Origin: Enoplolaimus lenunculus
Lineage: Eukaryota
Reading direction: 5' to 3'
DNA: 64,000 bases
Assembly: GCA_030248215.1 (NCBI GenBank)
Contig: JASANG010003752.1
Span: 496,001-560,000 of the forward strand
Shown: piece after piece, positions 1-11,107 of the stretch
Numbering within the stretch: the stretch's first letter is position 1
How the letters are laid out: each line of letters begins with the position of its first letter
The notes under the pieces: generated by a model
The model's input: the letters and a program-made list of their open reading frames with translations, nothing else
Told to the model about the DNA's origin: nothing
Database searches by the model: none
Program-made: the position numbers and the translations under genes

Positions 1-539
1 ACTCAATCGGACCTGTGGCATGCATCTTCTTATATACGTTGTTAGAGGCCAAGACCAGCGTAAGTCCATACGAACCGCCGAAATCTGCTATATACGCGAT
101 TTGCCTCAAGTATAATAAAACGCGGATAAGATTTTATAGGCATACATCTTTCTTTGTACCTAATAAGTAGGACTCAAGGAATTGGTGTGGAAACAGAGCT
201 ATGACCAAAATAACACACAGACCTAATCCACAACGTAAGCCTAACAGCTGAAAGCGTACGTAATTATTGTGCCGTAAAATTGGAGATGAAATTAATTATA
301 TCAGTGGATCTTCCGGTCGTCCCTACAGTGTTGAAAGCGCTGGCTAATATAGGTCTACTTCATCCGATGATAGTGAACATGATTACTGCGAACGTTTCCT
401 CACATAGCTTCCGTAGTATATACATAAATACTTTAGTGTTTACAACAGTATATATCCCACCGTGTTTAACAATTGCAACACGTATACATAGTACTAAATC
501 ACCACAAGACGTGACAGCCCCCTCGGGCTCGAGCGTCGA

Positions 540-610
540 GCTCCTACAGCTGAGTGGTGATGGTATACGCCTCCCACTCCAATCACTGGAGTTCGAATCC
601 TAGCATAAAA
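540..610 (+). mobile_element. tRNA(Gly)-like SINE head or tRNA pseudogene
   Basis: A-box-like AGCTGAGTGG, CGCCTCCCAC resembling the Gly-CCC anticodon arm, B box GTTCGAATCC; stems do not fold into a proper tRNA. Confidence 0.5.
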
Positions 611-1149
611 GTAGGTCTCAGGGGAAATAGAAAATATTCATGTGAGAAAGGGTTAATGTAACTTGCTATTTTGAACCCAACACTAGAAACACAAGAATAC
701 CACCAGTTTCTATCAACATCCATTAATTTCACAAACAGAAAAAATTATTTAAATCCTGACTTAACTTGACCTGCCAAACGTAAGCAAAGTGTCGACTCAA
801 GTTTAGTCAAAGTTAAGTCATGTCGCCGCAACCAGCCTATTGCATTTTAAAAATTGATGCCGCGTAGTTAGGCTGTCTTATTGTTGGTGTGTATGTTGCT
901 AGCAAGCACACATTTACAGTGCACCGTGCCATGTATGATTTATACTGTCTCAATATTAGCAGCATTGTTTCTGCTGACACGATTGATATAAAAATTCTTC
1001 ATATGTATATATAAGGATGTATCGCATTGACTGTCTCTGGGACTCTTGTCCGTTATGAGCACATACAATATATTTCAGTGCGCTGTATGTATGCTAGCCA
1101 GCAGCATACGTTTCGGTATATGGTTGAGGAGAAAAATAGTTGCATAGGT

Positions 1150-1290
1150 GACACACGTGGCGCAGCGGTGGAGCAGTTGCCTAAAAATCGTTGGTTGCTA
1201 GCTCAAACACCTAACCGACTGGTAAACTGCCGAGCTATGAACACGGTTTTTAGTCGAAGATCCGATGAAAGGTACAACCTTACTTACCTA
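1150..1290 (+). mobile_element. Degenerate tRNA-derived SINE
   Basis: A box TGGCGCAGCGG; head is colinear with the SINE-like copy at 40953. Confidence 0.4.
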
Positions 1291-1839
1291 CACAAACTAG
1301 AGTGACATGCCGTGAGTGCAATAAACATGCATTCAAAACAGAATAGACAGTTAAATGCCTCCAACCATGCGGCTTTGAATTCAGCATTCGGATTAGTCTT
1401 AGTAAAATGCAATACTTTTACTGCTTTGACTAGCTATGTATATTCCAGATTTTTTATTCTGCCGGTTATCTAGCAGGATTTTAAACAATATTTAAACATC
1501 GTGTACAAGAAAACAAGCCCTTTATTTCTGAAGCAAATAATTCTAACCAACGGCGTAGCTTATACTTCAAATGAATTGACAATAACAACTCTTGAGGCTG
1601 CCTGGTCGTTAAGAGTACTCCGACGCCGTTAATCTGAACCAAAATGCAGAAAAAACTTGCACAAATTTTCTTAATCAATTAACTCTGACACCTTTCCACT
1701 ATAAGCAGCGATGTTCTCCAGCGCTTTGAGAAAAGTGAATGACTACTTGTTGCAGCATACAAAAAATGGAGTGTTTCTTTATTGATACTGGAGAAATATA
1801 GCTAGGTGCAAGAATCAAAAAACTTGGGTAAAACATATT

Positions 1840-1897
1840 ATAAGAGACACTACCGTGTCCTTATGATAATAAGAGACACTACCGTGTCCTTATGATA
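1840..1897. repeat. Tandem repeat, 29 bp x2
   Basis: ATAAGAGACACTACCGTGTCCTTATGATA. Confidence 0.9.
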
Positions 1898-2935
1898 ACT
1901 ATGCTATTTTACTGAAGTTGAGCAATTTCCGCAGTTTTAACGTTTGCGAATCATGCACCAACACGTTACGGTGGCATTTTCCGCAAACTATCGTAACAGA
2001 TGGCAATGAACAAAGCTAGACGCATGAAACAAAGAAAACTCTTCTCATGAACGCTGAGCCCCCTGACCATCCTCTAGCGATGCCACACACTCAACATATA
2101 TTAACTGTATCCGCATAGCTACTGAAAGACAGAAATTCGGTGCACTTAACAGACTTGGTTACCTAGGCTAAAGCTTAGGCTCAGAATTAATTTTAGGTTT
2201 AGACTTAGGCTAAGGTTTAGGCTTAGGCCTCTTGCTGCTTTCGAAACCTCTGAATCTATTAGACCGGTCACCATCCGGGCAAACAAAAATACGAAGCAAT
2301 ATATAACAGCTGTAGCGTAAACTTTAATACACGCATACATCTAAATAAAAGAACATTGTCTGAAACGTTAATGCTGAGCGTATGAAACGTTATGTATATT
2401 GCTTGGCATGTGTTTACGGTGCTGGCATATATGTGTGGGGGATCAGAAGTTTCAGAGAAAGGCTAATTGCAAAATGAAGGCGAGATGGGTCCCGATTGGG
2501 TCCGAATTTAACACAAAGCCTAAAAAGTCGCACACCAACGACCTAAGACTCGTGCAGACATTTTACATTTAGGTTTTGGCTTAGGCTTAGGTTTAGGCTT
2601 AGGCTTAGGTTTAGGATTAGGTTTAGTAGGCAGGCCGTAAAAGAAGTAGAAAATAAAAAGTACGTGTGCATAGCGGGTCTGAATTTAATCCAAAGCCTAA
2701 ATAACTGAGCACCAATGATCATATGACTCCCGAAGACAAATTTGCATGTTAAAATTTTTACGATGTAGAGAATTATTGCTCGGGAATTCGTCGAAGGCAC
2801 ACCCAGTATATCAAGACGTTTAGGTTTAGGTTTAAAGTAGAAAATAAACAAGTACGTGTACATAGCGGGTTATAAAGTTTTGTTGTCGAATTCAGCATAA
2901 CATATTATTGATGAACTTATGCCGTATGTAAAGGT

Positions 2936-3143
2936 GTCCCATGTATAGAACTGGGCCGGAACAGTAGTATAAGCATATTCCTAAGCCTAAGCGTAAGCGT
3001 AAGCCTAAGCCTAAGCGTATTAATCAGCCTATTCCTAAGCCTTTGGCTAAGCCTAAGCCTATGCAAAAAATTAGTCTTAAGCTTAAACTGACTCTATTAT
3101 AGCCCCTCCGGAAAACAATCCGGCCCTGTTCTATACATGGGCT
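2936..3143 (+). mobile_element. Merlin-like MITE family A with internal (CCTAAG)n
   Basis: TIR G[G/T]CCCATGTATAGAAC.GGGCCGGA; 8-bp TSD gtaaaggt/gcaaaggt. Confidence 0.85.
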
Positions 3144-4351
3144 GCAAAGGTCAACAACATGCCGAAGCAGGGGTAATTACAACGCTGATTTAATGGATCT
3201 GTAGCCGACAACTCTTATTTTTTATACTGAGTACAATTCCGGGGAGGTATTCCTGACCCGTTTTCTCAGTTTTCTGCTACAAATCTGCAGTCATATCTTT
3301 AAATCTTAGACTTTTACCGCATCTGTGCCACCCACGCTCTTGTACAAACCCAGTTTCCCTTTCCAGAATTTTCAATATTCTACAAGAGTAAATTCAAAGT
3401 TATAAATCTTAAATTTTATTTCAATTTACCACCTGTGAATTTTGTAGTTTTCAATTTCCCTCTTGTCTCTTAAACTGAAAATACCGTATCCCACACGATT
3501 CGAGTTCACCAAATGTAATTTCCTCCTGCGAATGGTTGTTAAAACATCAAGTAGTGATTTAAATTAACCTTTTGAATCCAATTGACCTTTTGACTAAATT
3601 TTAAAATTTACATGTACTACTACTCTATTTTTTGTTTTCTGTTTGCCGTCTGAGCACTTTGCGTTTGCTCAGACGGCTAATTGACGATTTTAATTTCCAC
3701 AGCACGGACGCAAATTAAAGTGGACGGTGCATAAGTCGGTGCATTTACAACACCCATGAACAGGAAACAGAAAGCTGCTACGTGAACTGTGATGCACATG
3801 ATTACATCTGGCGATGAGCCCGTCAGAAGTTTTGGATAGTAAAAATAAGCTTGTCAACTTTTTGTCTTTCACAAGTGGGGGGGGGGTCAAAACGCCTACT
3901 AAGATTTATACTCAAAAAGTGGGCGGGGTCAATGTCCCCCCACCCGCCTCCCCTGGATTGGCGCCCATAAGCCGAAGTACTTCTTCATTATAAGACCAGA
4001 CATGTTTATGCATGTCTTACCTAACCACTCACTTCTTATGGTTGTTCACCGTGAAACTTACACGTATTCACCGCCGGGAAAGGTTTTCGCCAACGATGGC
4101 TCCGCTGCGATACATTTGTTGTTCGCTTACGTTCTCGGCTAGCGTATGGGACACGTCTGGATCAGAGTTTGGTTCGATACTGTTGTCAGAACTGCTGTCG
4201 GCGCTTTTTGATGCGATTAGTTCGGCTTCCAAACCGTAGTCCTGGTCGTTATCGGACCTGGTTTCCACCTCTGTCCAGATTGGAATCCGTCATTAGTACA
4301 ACCTCTTTACGATTTGCAAAAAGTTCTGACACAAATGTGCGATGAGACATT

Positions 4352-4773
4352 GGCTGGGTTTCTGAAATCTTACTTAAGTATTTACTTAGCTTATACTTAA
4401 GTAATTGCTTAAGTCGCAGATTTATGTAATGTTAACTTTTTGCGCAAAAACACATGAACGCCAAATGTCAACCATTGTCATAAGAATAAAGTAATTTAGC
4501 TTTAAATTAAGGAAACATCACGAGCCTACAGTTTCAATTAGACCAAGGTTAGTATGTCTGAACGGTTAGAGCCTACGGTTTCAATTACACCAAGGTTAGT
4601 ATGTCTGAACGGTTAGAGCCTACAGTTTTAATTACACCAAGGTTAGTATGTCTGAACGGTTAATTTGCAATATATCAAGTTTAGTCAGCGACTTAAGCAT
4701 TTACTTAAGTACACTTCTTTTAAAAACCACAAAATAGTTAAGTAAATACTTAGCACGGACTTGATTATGGGTC
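4352..4773. mobile_element. Degenerate TIR element with TACTTAAGTA-rich arms and an internal 47-bp triplication
   Basis: Inverted arms TAAGTATTTACTTA / TAAGTAAATACTTA. Confidence 0.5.
4522..4662. repeat. Tandem repeat, 47 bp x3
   Basis: GAGCCTACAGTTTCAATTACACCAAGGTTAGTATGTCTGAACGGTTA. Confidence 0.95.
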
Positions 4774-5638
4774 ATCCACGTAATACTGTCTACGCTACTG
4801 TAAAAAATTGTCCACACACCTGGTTTTAAGGGCGGGACATAACGACGAACATTTGCCAGCACGCTCCACCTTCGCAGCCAGAAATTTCTGGATCCGCCGC
4901 TGACTACATGCATGGTTTTATGGTCACTAATTTTGGTAGCACTGTATCACAAGCTTATGTTACGCCCCGTGATAAAACGATTAGTTTCTAGCGATTCAAT
5001 GTCAGTTGTTTATGGCCCGAATCTGTTCGGTCGACGCTTATTAGAGTAACAACATCATTTTAATCACATCCCGGTTGCGAGAACAAAAGCAAACATTTAT
5101 TAATTAAATATAAGCAAACTAAAAGCACATGGTTAAAGCCATAACAAAACATTTTACGCCATTTCCAAGTATCACTTTTTAAGTACAAGCTCTGAAATCT
5201 TTAGCTTACACATAGATAACTTTTATCTATGCTCAAAATTCTACATTACCTGAAAGAGTATGTTTAGCAATCACAGCACAAGAATGAGTTTGGTACATCC
5301 GCAGGTCTGCCACCAGCTTCGGCTCCACCAGAAACTCCACCTGCTGCTTCAGCTGTGGCAGAATTTCCGGTGAAGGTTTCGACAATATCGGTAGTGAAAT
5401 TTGTTATAGTTTGACAAAAACTGAATCGTGCTGTGCGTTTTGTTTTGGCTGCGTCGGACTGTTTTAAAGAACAAATTGTCGGGATTACTTGAAAAAATAA
5501 GACCAAAACCGAAATTTTTTGACAGTTACTTGATAGATATTTGCTAAAAAAATCAAATTAAACATTATTTTAATTGCGTAATTTCGTTTCACCCTGGCTT
5601 CACCGGAAGCTCAGGGTTTACATCCGTTTCCGACAAAT

Positions 5639-5644
5639 TTTATT
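5639..5644 (-). promoter_or_regulatory. Candidate polyadenylation signal AATAAA
   Basis: Minus-strand AATAAA about 400 nt downstream of the stop codon. Confidence 0.35.
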
Positions 5645-6044
5645 GGCCTTCAGCTCCTGATGCGGTATTTTTCACCTCCGCTTGCACTCTCACACAGACG
5701 GTCGCGCAAAGGGCACCAAAATGTTGAAAACTAGAACCCCACCTTAGTAGTACTTGCTATGCCAATACAAATATATATATATATATATTATTTATATATA
5801 TACATATTTATATATGTCATCTCTTTTTTCTTCGATACTTTTGCGGTTACCTGGTTGAAATACCCATACTTCTAGGTTTACGATTTTCAATACGATACTT
5901 CGATGCTTTTACAAAATAAAGTCAAATTTAGAGTTGTGCAATTTGGCAATTTTCTATTAACCTTCATCCTTCATCGGAAACCCAAACTATAGAGTCCGGA
6001 CCGTAACGTCAACAAAAATGTAGCTATGGGTATTAATATTCGCT

Positions 6045-6736
6045 TTAATAGTATCCCGTATAACTATAATTATTCAATTTCGGCGCACCGTTTTGGCCTA
6101 AACCGCTGCCATTAGCGTCGATGTCAGGCTTAGCTATGTCATCGTCGCAACCAGTGGCAATAATAAATCGTTGTTGCTCGTCAACATGTTGTTGCTGTTG
6201 TTGCTGTTGTTGATGTTGTTGTGATTGCGATGCGATTATATCACGAACAGAACGATTTCCAAGCGTTCCACACGCCGAATTATTACCGTCATCACTAGAA
6301 CGAAATTCTTCTGCGCTCGCTAAATGTTGAGGTTGAACACTCGCCAGTGGAATAGTGGCACTCGATTGAGGGGTGTTTGGGGTATCAACTTGGCGACCCC
6401 TGTTCGGGTTTCGATTATAGACTTTCGCTTCGTATACGCCACCCCCCAAGCATGACGCATCATAAGCCCGATTACTGGTTTGACTGTACGCGTTTGGAGA
6501 TCCATTAGCGTAAATTACGTTATTGGAATGATTTGGCGGATCCATTGGTTCAAGGGGGCTATGAAGCAACAATGTGGCGCCCCCGTTTTTGTCTTGGCCT
6601 TTGTAGCGTGACACGTGCGTCGGTGGACTCTGCTCTTTACGGCCGGCTTTCGACGAAAATCGTTGATGTATTCGCATACACGAATAACCGAGTATCGCAC
6701 ATAATACTGATAGTATTGTCAGGCATAAAACAATGC
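6045..6736 (-). CDS. Coding exon 3: rest of TM helix (GIVLCLTILSVLCAILGYSC), basic stop-transfer segment, N/S/Q-rich cytoplasmic tail ending NYSYTGYY*
   Basis: Acceptor tttttctag|GC in phase 1; the frame extends upstream of the ORF-track Met into a hydrophobic helix followed by RIHQRFSSKAGRK; stop TAA at 6047-6045. Confidence 0.85.
6184..6222 (-). repeat. CAA/CAG repeat encoding a polyglutamine tract
   Basis: QQHQQQQQQQQH within exon 3. Confidence 0.85.
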
Positions 6737-7394
6737 CTAGAAAAATATTTAATGTGTTTTACGCAGTAGATAAAAATCTGGCCCTTGTACACTTTTACTA
6801 CAAATTCTGGCTTCGGCATTGGGTAATAGTTTAGGCTTTGGCATGGTTGAAATTTTTCGTACACCTAAACCTAAGCCCAAATACGAAAAGCCTATGCGTG
6901 TGTGGGATGATCAACATCCAAAACTTATAATCGCATTAGAATTTTAGGTTACCTATGGTAGGTTGACAGACGTAAATTTTTTCCTGCTTCAAATATAAAT
7001 GAACAAACTTCTTCCAATTTAAAAATTATATGAACTGCAACAGATTTTACGCGTAGTTTCACCTCAATACGCAATTCAAAAACCCAAACTATTGAATAAA
7101 TACGCTAGTGATTAGCTTTTAAATAGGCAACTGAACGTATCTGGCTGCTTTAGAGTGACGTATTCTCCAGACATCTGTATATTTAGTCGACAATTGTTGG
7201 AAATAACCTGTCAATCAAATTTTGAGTCAAGATAACTCGTATCAAGTGCGACCGGATACGTTTGTATAAGATTTGCTTAGACATATCCGCGAAACGAAAT
7301 TGCTGTGTTCAGCAATTGAAAGTAAATACAACCCGTTATATATATGGAGAAGTTAACTTTTTATGAACGCTACTTTGAAAAATCAAGGTATATA

Positions 7395-7592
7395 CTGTAG
7401 TGACACGAATAAGAGGGGGACTGATATTTATTTCGCCTCTTCAGACAGCACCCCCTGTTATTCGGTTACGGATTGTTAATTATTTTTAACCCGCCCTCCG
7501 CTACCTTTCGTTACTGATATATATCCGGTATTGCAACTATCTGTTGAATTAAACGTTTATTTGTCTTGTGTCAATAGCTTTAGCGATTAATG
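7395..7592. mobile_element. Family C MITE fragment in intron 2
   Basis: TA|CTGTAGTGACACGAATAAGAGGGGG terminus; one end only. Confidence 0.75.
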
Positions 7593-8193
7593 TTTTCTAT
7601 TGTAGTTGTAGGTTTTACTGCATTTTCAACTCACATGTATCAAGATTACCAGTTAGAAATCAAATGGATTTCTTGTCCGCACACTCTTTCAGCCATCTTT
7701 TTCTCACTACCAATCTCTGTCTATCTAGAAATCCTGAACCAAAAACATTTCAATTTTGACAGCAACTTTTCATTCATACAAATTTTGACGAAATTTTTGG
7801 CCAATGTTAACAAGTGCCTGCCCACTAAAGCTAAGGTTAAGTTAAACCTAAACCTAAGCGTAAATGTTTAAACATAAGCCTAAGCATCTCACAAGTTCTT
7901 CAGTCCCTATTAACACGGACCAGGTTTTGATATATGTTTGGCCGTATTCTAAAAATATGCAGTACCCATCTGCTGATAGCTCTCTAAAAAGTGTGCAGCA
8001 TCTATCAAAAGTTAGTGATAGGTTTTATAGTTTTTGAATCTGTAAAAACGAGTTCTGAAATTGAGCCATATTTTTGCATTTGATTTGTTCTACTTCTCGG
8101 TCAATTTTGTCAGATACGATTTGCGGAAGTTAGTCAGTTTGAAAACCTATCACTAACTGGTGACAGATGCTTTTTGAAAATATTGACATTTAC

Positions 8194-8514
8194 CTGTTAG
8201 CACAAACAGCGTAAAATAATTTCGTTTCCCGTTTACCGCGATCAGCTCTGATCCTCTAGAATTTCGGCCATCACCGGGCTGTTTGGCGTTATTTTGACTA
8301 GTTAACATATCGCATTGTCGTCCGTGATAAAACGGTGCACACATTGCACTAATTTCGACTCCTAACGAAAAACAATCGCCTTCTAAGTTAGTGACCTGTG
8401 TTGGTTTGTGAACGCGGTCGCTAACGTTGACTGCAAGGGACGCAGTGTATTCACAACTTGAAAACCGTGAGCCACCAGCAAGCTCTAGCCAAATAAGCAC
8501 CTTTGTCTTCACAC
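8194..8514 (-). CDS. Coding exon 2: end of C2-like domain, DSL-start-like motif CAPFYHGRQCD, stalk and start of TM helix
   Basis: Acceptor atttcag|GT and donor CAG|gtaaat; phase 1 in and out; open frame; ends in YFTLFVLT. Confidence 0.85.
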
Positions 8515-8643
8515 CTGAAATTGACATACTACACTATTTTAACAGTTACGTGTTTTAAGTTGTTTTACCAAAAACATTAATGATATTTTAATTTTGACTC
8601 TACTTTTGGGTAAAGGAATCAATTGTCAATCTGATTTGCCGTA

Positions 8644-9078
8644 CTGTATTGACCCGAATAAGAGGGGGACGTAATAAGAGGGGGGTCGCCATTTTTGAGT
8701 ACCAAATCAATAGGAGTCCGTATCCCTAATAAGTGTTCGTAAGCGGATAGAGTCCCTAAGCCCTAATTAGAGTCCATAAATGTCAATTAACCCTAATTGT
8801 AGCGCATAAATGACTCCAGGACCAAACTAAATTTGAGTTCGATACTTTAAAGCGTATATACTTAAATTTTGAAAGTACATTCCTAAGTATAGCCTTGCAT
8901 TATCGCCCTAAACGTTTAATTCAACGGACAGTTGCAGTACCGAATATATATTGTTAACGAAGAACAGTGGAGGGCGGGTTAAAAATAAATAACAGTCCGT
9001 AACCGAATAACCAGGGGGGTACCCGCTGGAGAGGCCAAATAAATATCAGTCCCCCTCCTCTTATTCGGGTCACTACAG
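8644..9078. mobile_element. Tc1/mariner (Tc2-like) MITE family C in intron 1
   Basis: TIR CTGTA[T/G]TGACCCGAATAAGAGG; TA on both sides. Confidence 0.85.
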
Positions 9079-9159
9079 TACCATTTTGAAGAAAATTGTC
9101 CTAAAATATATGCGAGGCAGTTAAAAGTCAACGGATTATCATTGATTAGTTTCAATTAG

Positions 9160-9278
9160 CAAAGTTAGCCCCCACCCTCCAGAAACGAAGTAAGCCTCCT
9201 TAGGAACAAAGTTAGCCTCCCCCCTAGGAACAAAGTTAGCCTCCCCCTAGGAACAAAATTAGCGTCCCCCCAGGAACG
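9160..9278. repeat. Minisatellite, ~23 bp x5
   Basis: GGAACAAAGTTAGCCTCCCCCTA units. Confidence 0.85.
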
Positions 9279-9438
9279 GAGGGTGCGCCAAAAACGCAAC
9301 TCGTGCTGGATACATTGTTTTCTACACAGAATCTACCCGTTTGCATACTATTGTCTTAGAGTCATCAAGGTGTTCAAAACGCAACATATATACATAATAA
9401 AAACAACACAAATTCAGCTATTAAACATATTAATTTAC

Positions 9439-9907
9439 GTTCAACATTAACAGCAACAGGATTCAAGAACGACGGTCCGCCTTGCAGTAATGGTTGTCCA
9501 CGTCGAGGTAAACTCAGCCATTTCCAGTAATGTTCACGAATATCGGTCAAATCTGTCGGTTCAAAATCATACTCAGGCCGCGAGTTGTGTTTTCGATGTC
9601 CTCCGTTGGATTCTGAAGGCGGCCACAGAAACGTTTGTTGTGCGGTCGCGTCGTCTTGGTGCGGTTGAACAACAACTGCCAGTGTCAATTCTGCAGTTTT
9701 AGTCATTGCACACTTGTGACAACGTTGGCATGTTGTATTGCACAACTGACGAAATGTTGTTTTGAGTTCCCAATTGGTAAATTTAAGCGTTACAAGCGTA
9801 TCTGCGGTTGAAGTACGAATTTGCGATGTTGCAACTACGAACACGACGCAAATGAGCAGTTTAGCAACGGTCAAAAGTATATTATTTGATTTGACACTAA
9901 TAGACAT
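9439..9907 (-). CDS. Coding exon 1 of a 493-aa type I membrane protein (divergent Delta/Serrate-like): signal peptide plus first part of a C2/MNNL-like domain
   Basis: ATG at 9907; hydrophobic signal (ILLTVAKLLICVVFVVA); Cys cluster CNTTCQRCHKC; FLNPVAV resembles Delta FxNPI; donor GAAC|gtaaat in phase 1, matching the next exon. Confidence 0.8.
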
Positions 9908-10696
9908 GAGTATGGTATGAAGAAACACAGCTATCACATTTCAATAATTGTAACTATTTAGCGTTTAAAAGCAAACTGGGTGTATCTGAAGAAAAGTATA
10001 ATTACTTGATTTCTAGTTGGTACGCTAAAAGGTCACAAGCGTGTCAGCGCCTAACGCTGATAAAGGCCCGTAGGCGGCTCACCTTGCTAGGAGGAGGGGC
10101 TAAAAATTGTTCAGGAGAGGGATATAAGGTTTTTCGATGACTGACAAGCAAGGCTGACAATATTCTGGGGGGGGGGGGTAAAATTGTTCTAGGGGAACAG
10201 AAACCCACTTGGCACCCCTCTGGCTACGGATATATCGTATTTTCTGACAGTAATCGTGATAAATGTGGTACCAAAAATAAAGTTGTCACATTTCACTGGT
10301 TCTAATTTTATTTGTAGATAGAAATTAAAGGATTTGAAGCTGAAAATTTAACTCGTTTCCGTAGTGTTTAACGCATCTTACTGCCAACGCCCGTATTCTC
10401 AAATATGTGTAGCAACTATCAGTATCATTGCAGAATAAAAGGGTAGCTTCAAAGCTTGTTATATACATATCAATTTACCCTGTTGCAGTACACAAATTTC
10501 AGATTCGTAGCTGTATGACACTTCAATTGTTAAAGAAACGATCAATAACTAAGTGATAATAGGTGCTATGCACAGTTGAGAATGTGTTTTAAATTAGCAT
10601 CTTGAAGTTTAAAACCTATGCTTATAAAAATCCGGACGACCCGGGGATATTCGCTTGATGTATCTAGAAATATACACGTTGACTTGAGTCTTTTTG

Positions 10697-10939
10697 CACT
10701 ATAAACTCTAGTGAGTTGATTAATCAACTCTGAGAACAAATTAGTTATTTCTGGCAATTTGTGCGTAAATAACATTTAAAATATTCGCTCACTCTGAGTT
10801 GATTTAATTCCAGAGTAATGGATTAAATTAACTCAGAATGAGTTCAATCAGTTCAGAATTCTGAAGTCTGAAAGGTCTAATGCAGACTTAATGATTCATC
10901 TTATTTTGAATTAACATCAGTTCACTGGAGTTTACAGTC
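10697..10939. mobile_element. CACT-ended MITE rich in GAGTT/AACTC motifs (CMC/EnSpm-like); a second, inverted copy lies at ~35554-35800
   Basis: CACTATAAACTCTAGTGA ... TCACTGGAGTTTACAGTC; shares GAGTTGATTAATCAACTC with the second copy. Confidence 0.6.
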
Positions 10940-11040
10940 GGCAAACACTTCAACTGCGCTTTGTTCAGAAACGAATCTGTAAAATCAAGTTAAAAATTTC
11001 AAAATGTTTTAATATTTGTGACCCAAAATTAACAAAGACT

Positions 11041-11107
11041 AAGCAAAAAATTTAGTCTAAAGCTTAAACTGACTCTATTACATCCGGCCGTGTTCTATAC
11101 ACGGGCC
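11041..11107 (+). mobile_element. Family A MITE, 3' fragment
   Basis: Right TIR CCGGCCGTGTTCTATACACGGGCC and matching subterminal sequence. Confidence 0.7.

Noticed and set aside
2146..2863. ORFs with LSLNLSLSL / LGLGLG runs (also 16017, 38671, 51681, 53165, 61160)
   Set aside because: Translations of TTAGGC/CCTAAG repeats
4522..4662. CRISPR-like array
   Set aside because: Units are contiguous with no unique spacers; eukaryotic context and no cas genes
5950..6047. Stop-codon reassignment or readthrough beyond exon 3
   Set aside because: TAA, TAG and TGA all follow in quick succession, and the assembled 493-aa frame has no internal stops, so the standard code suffices
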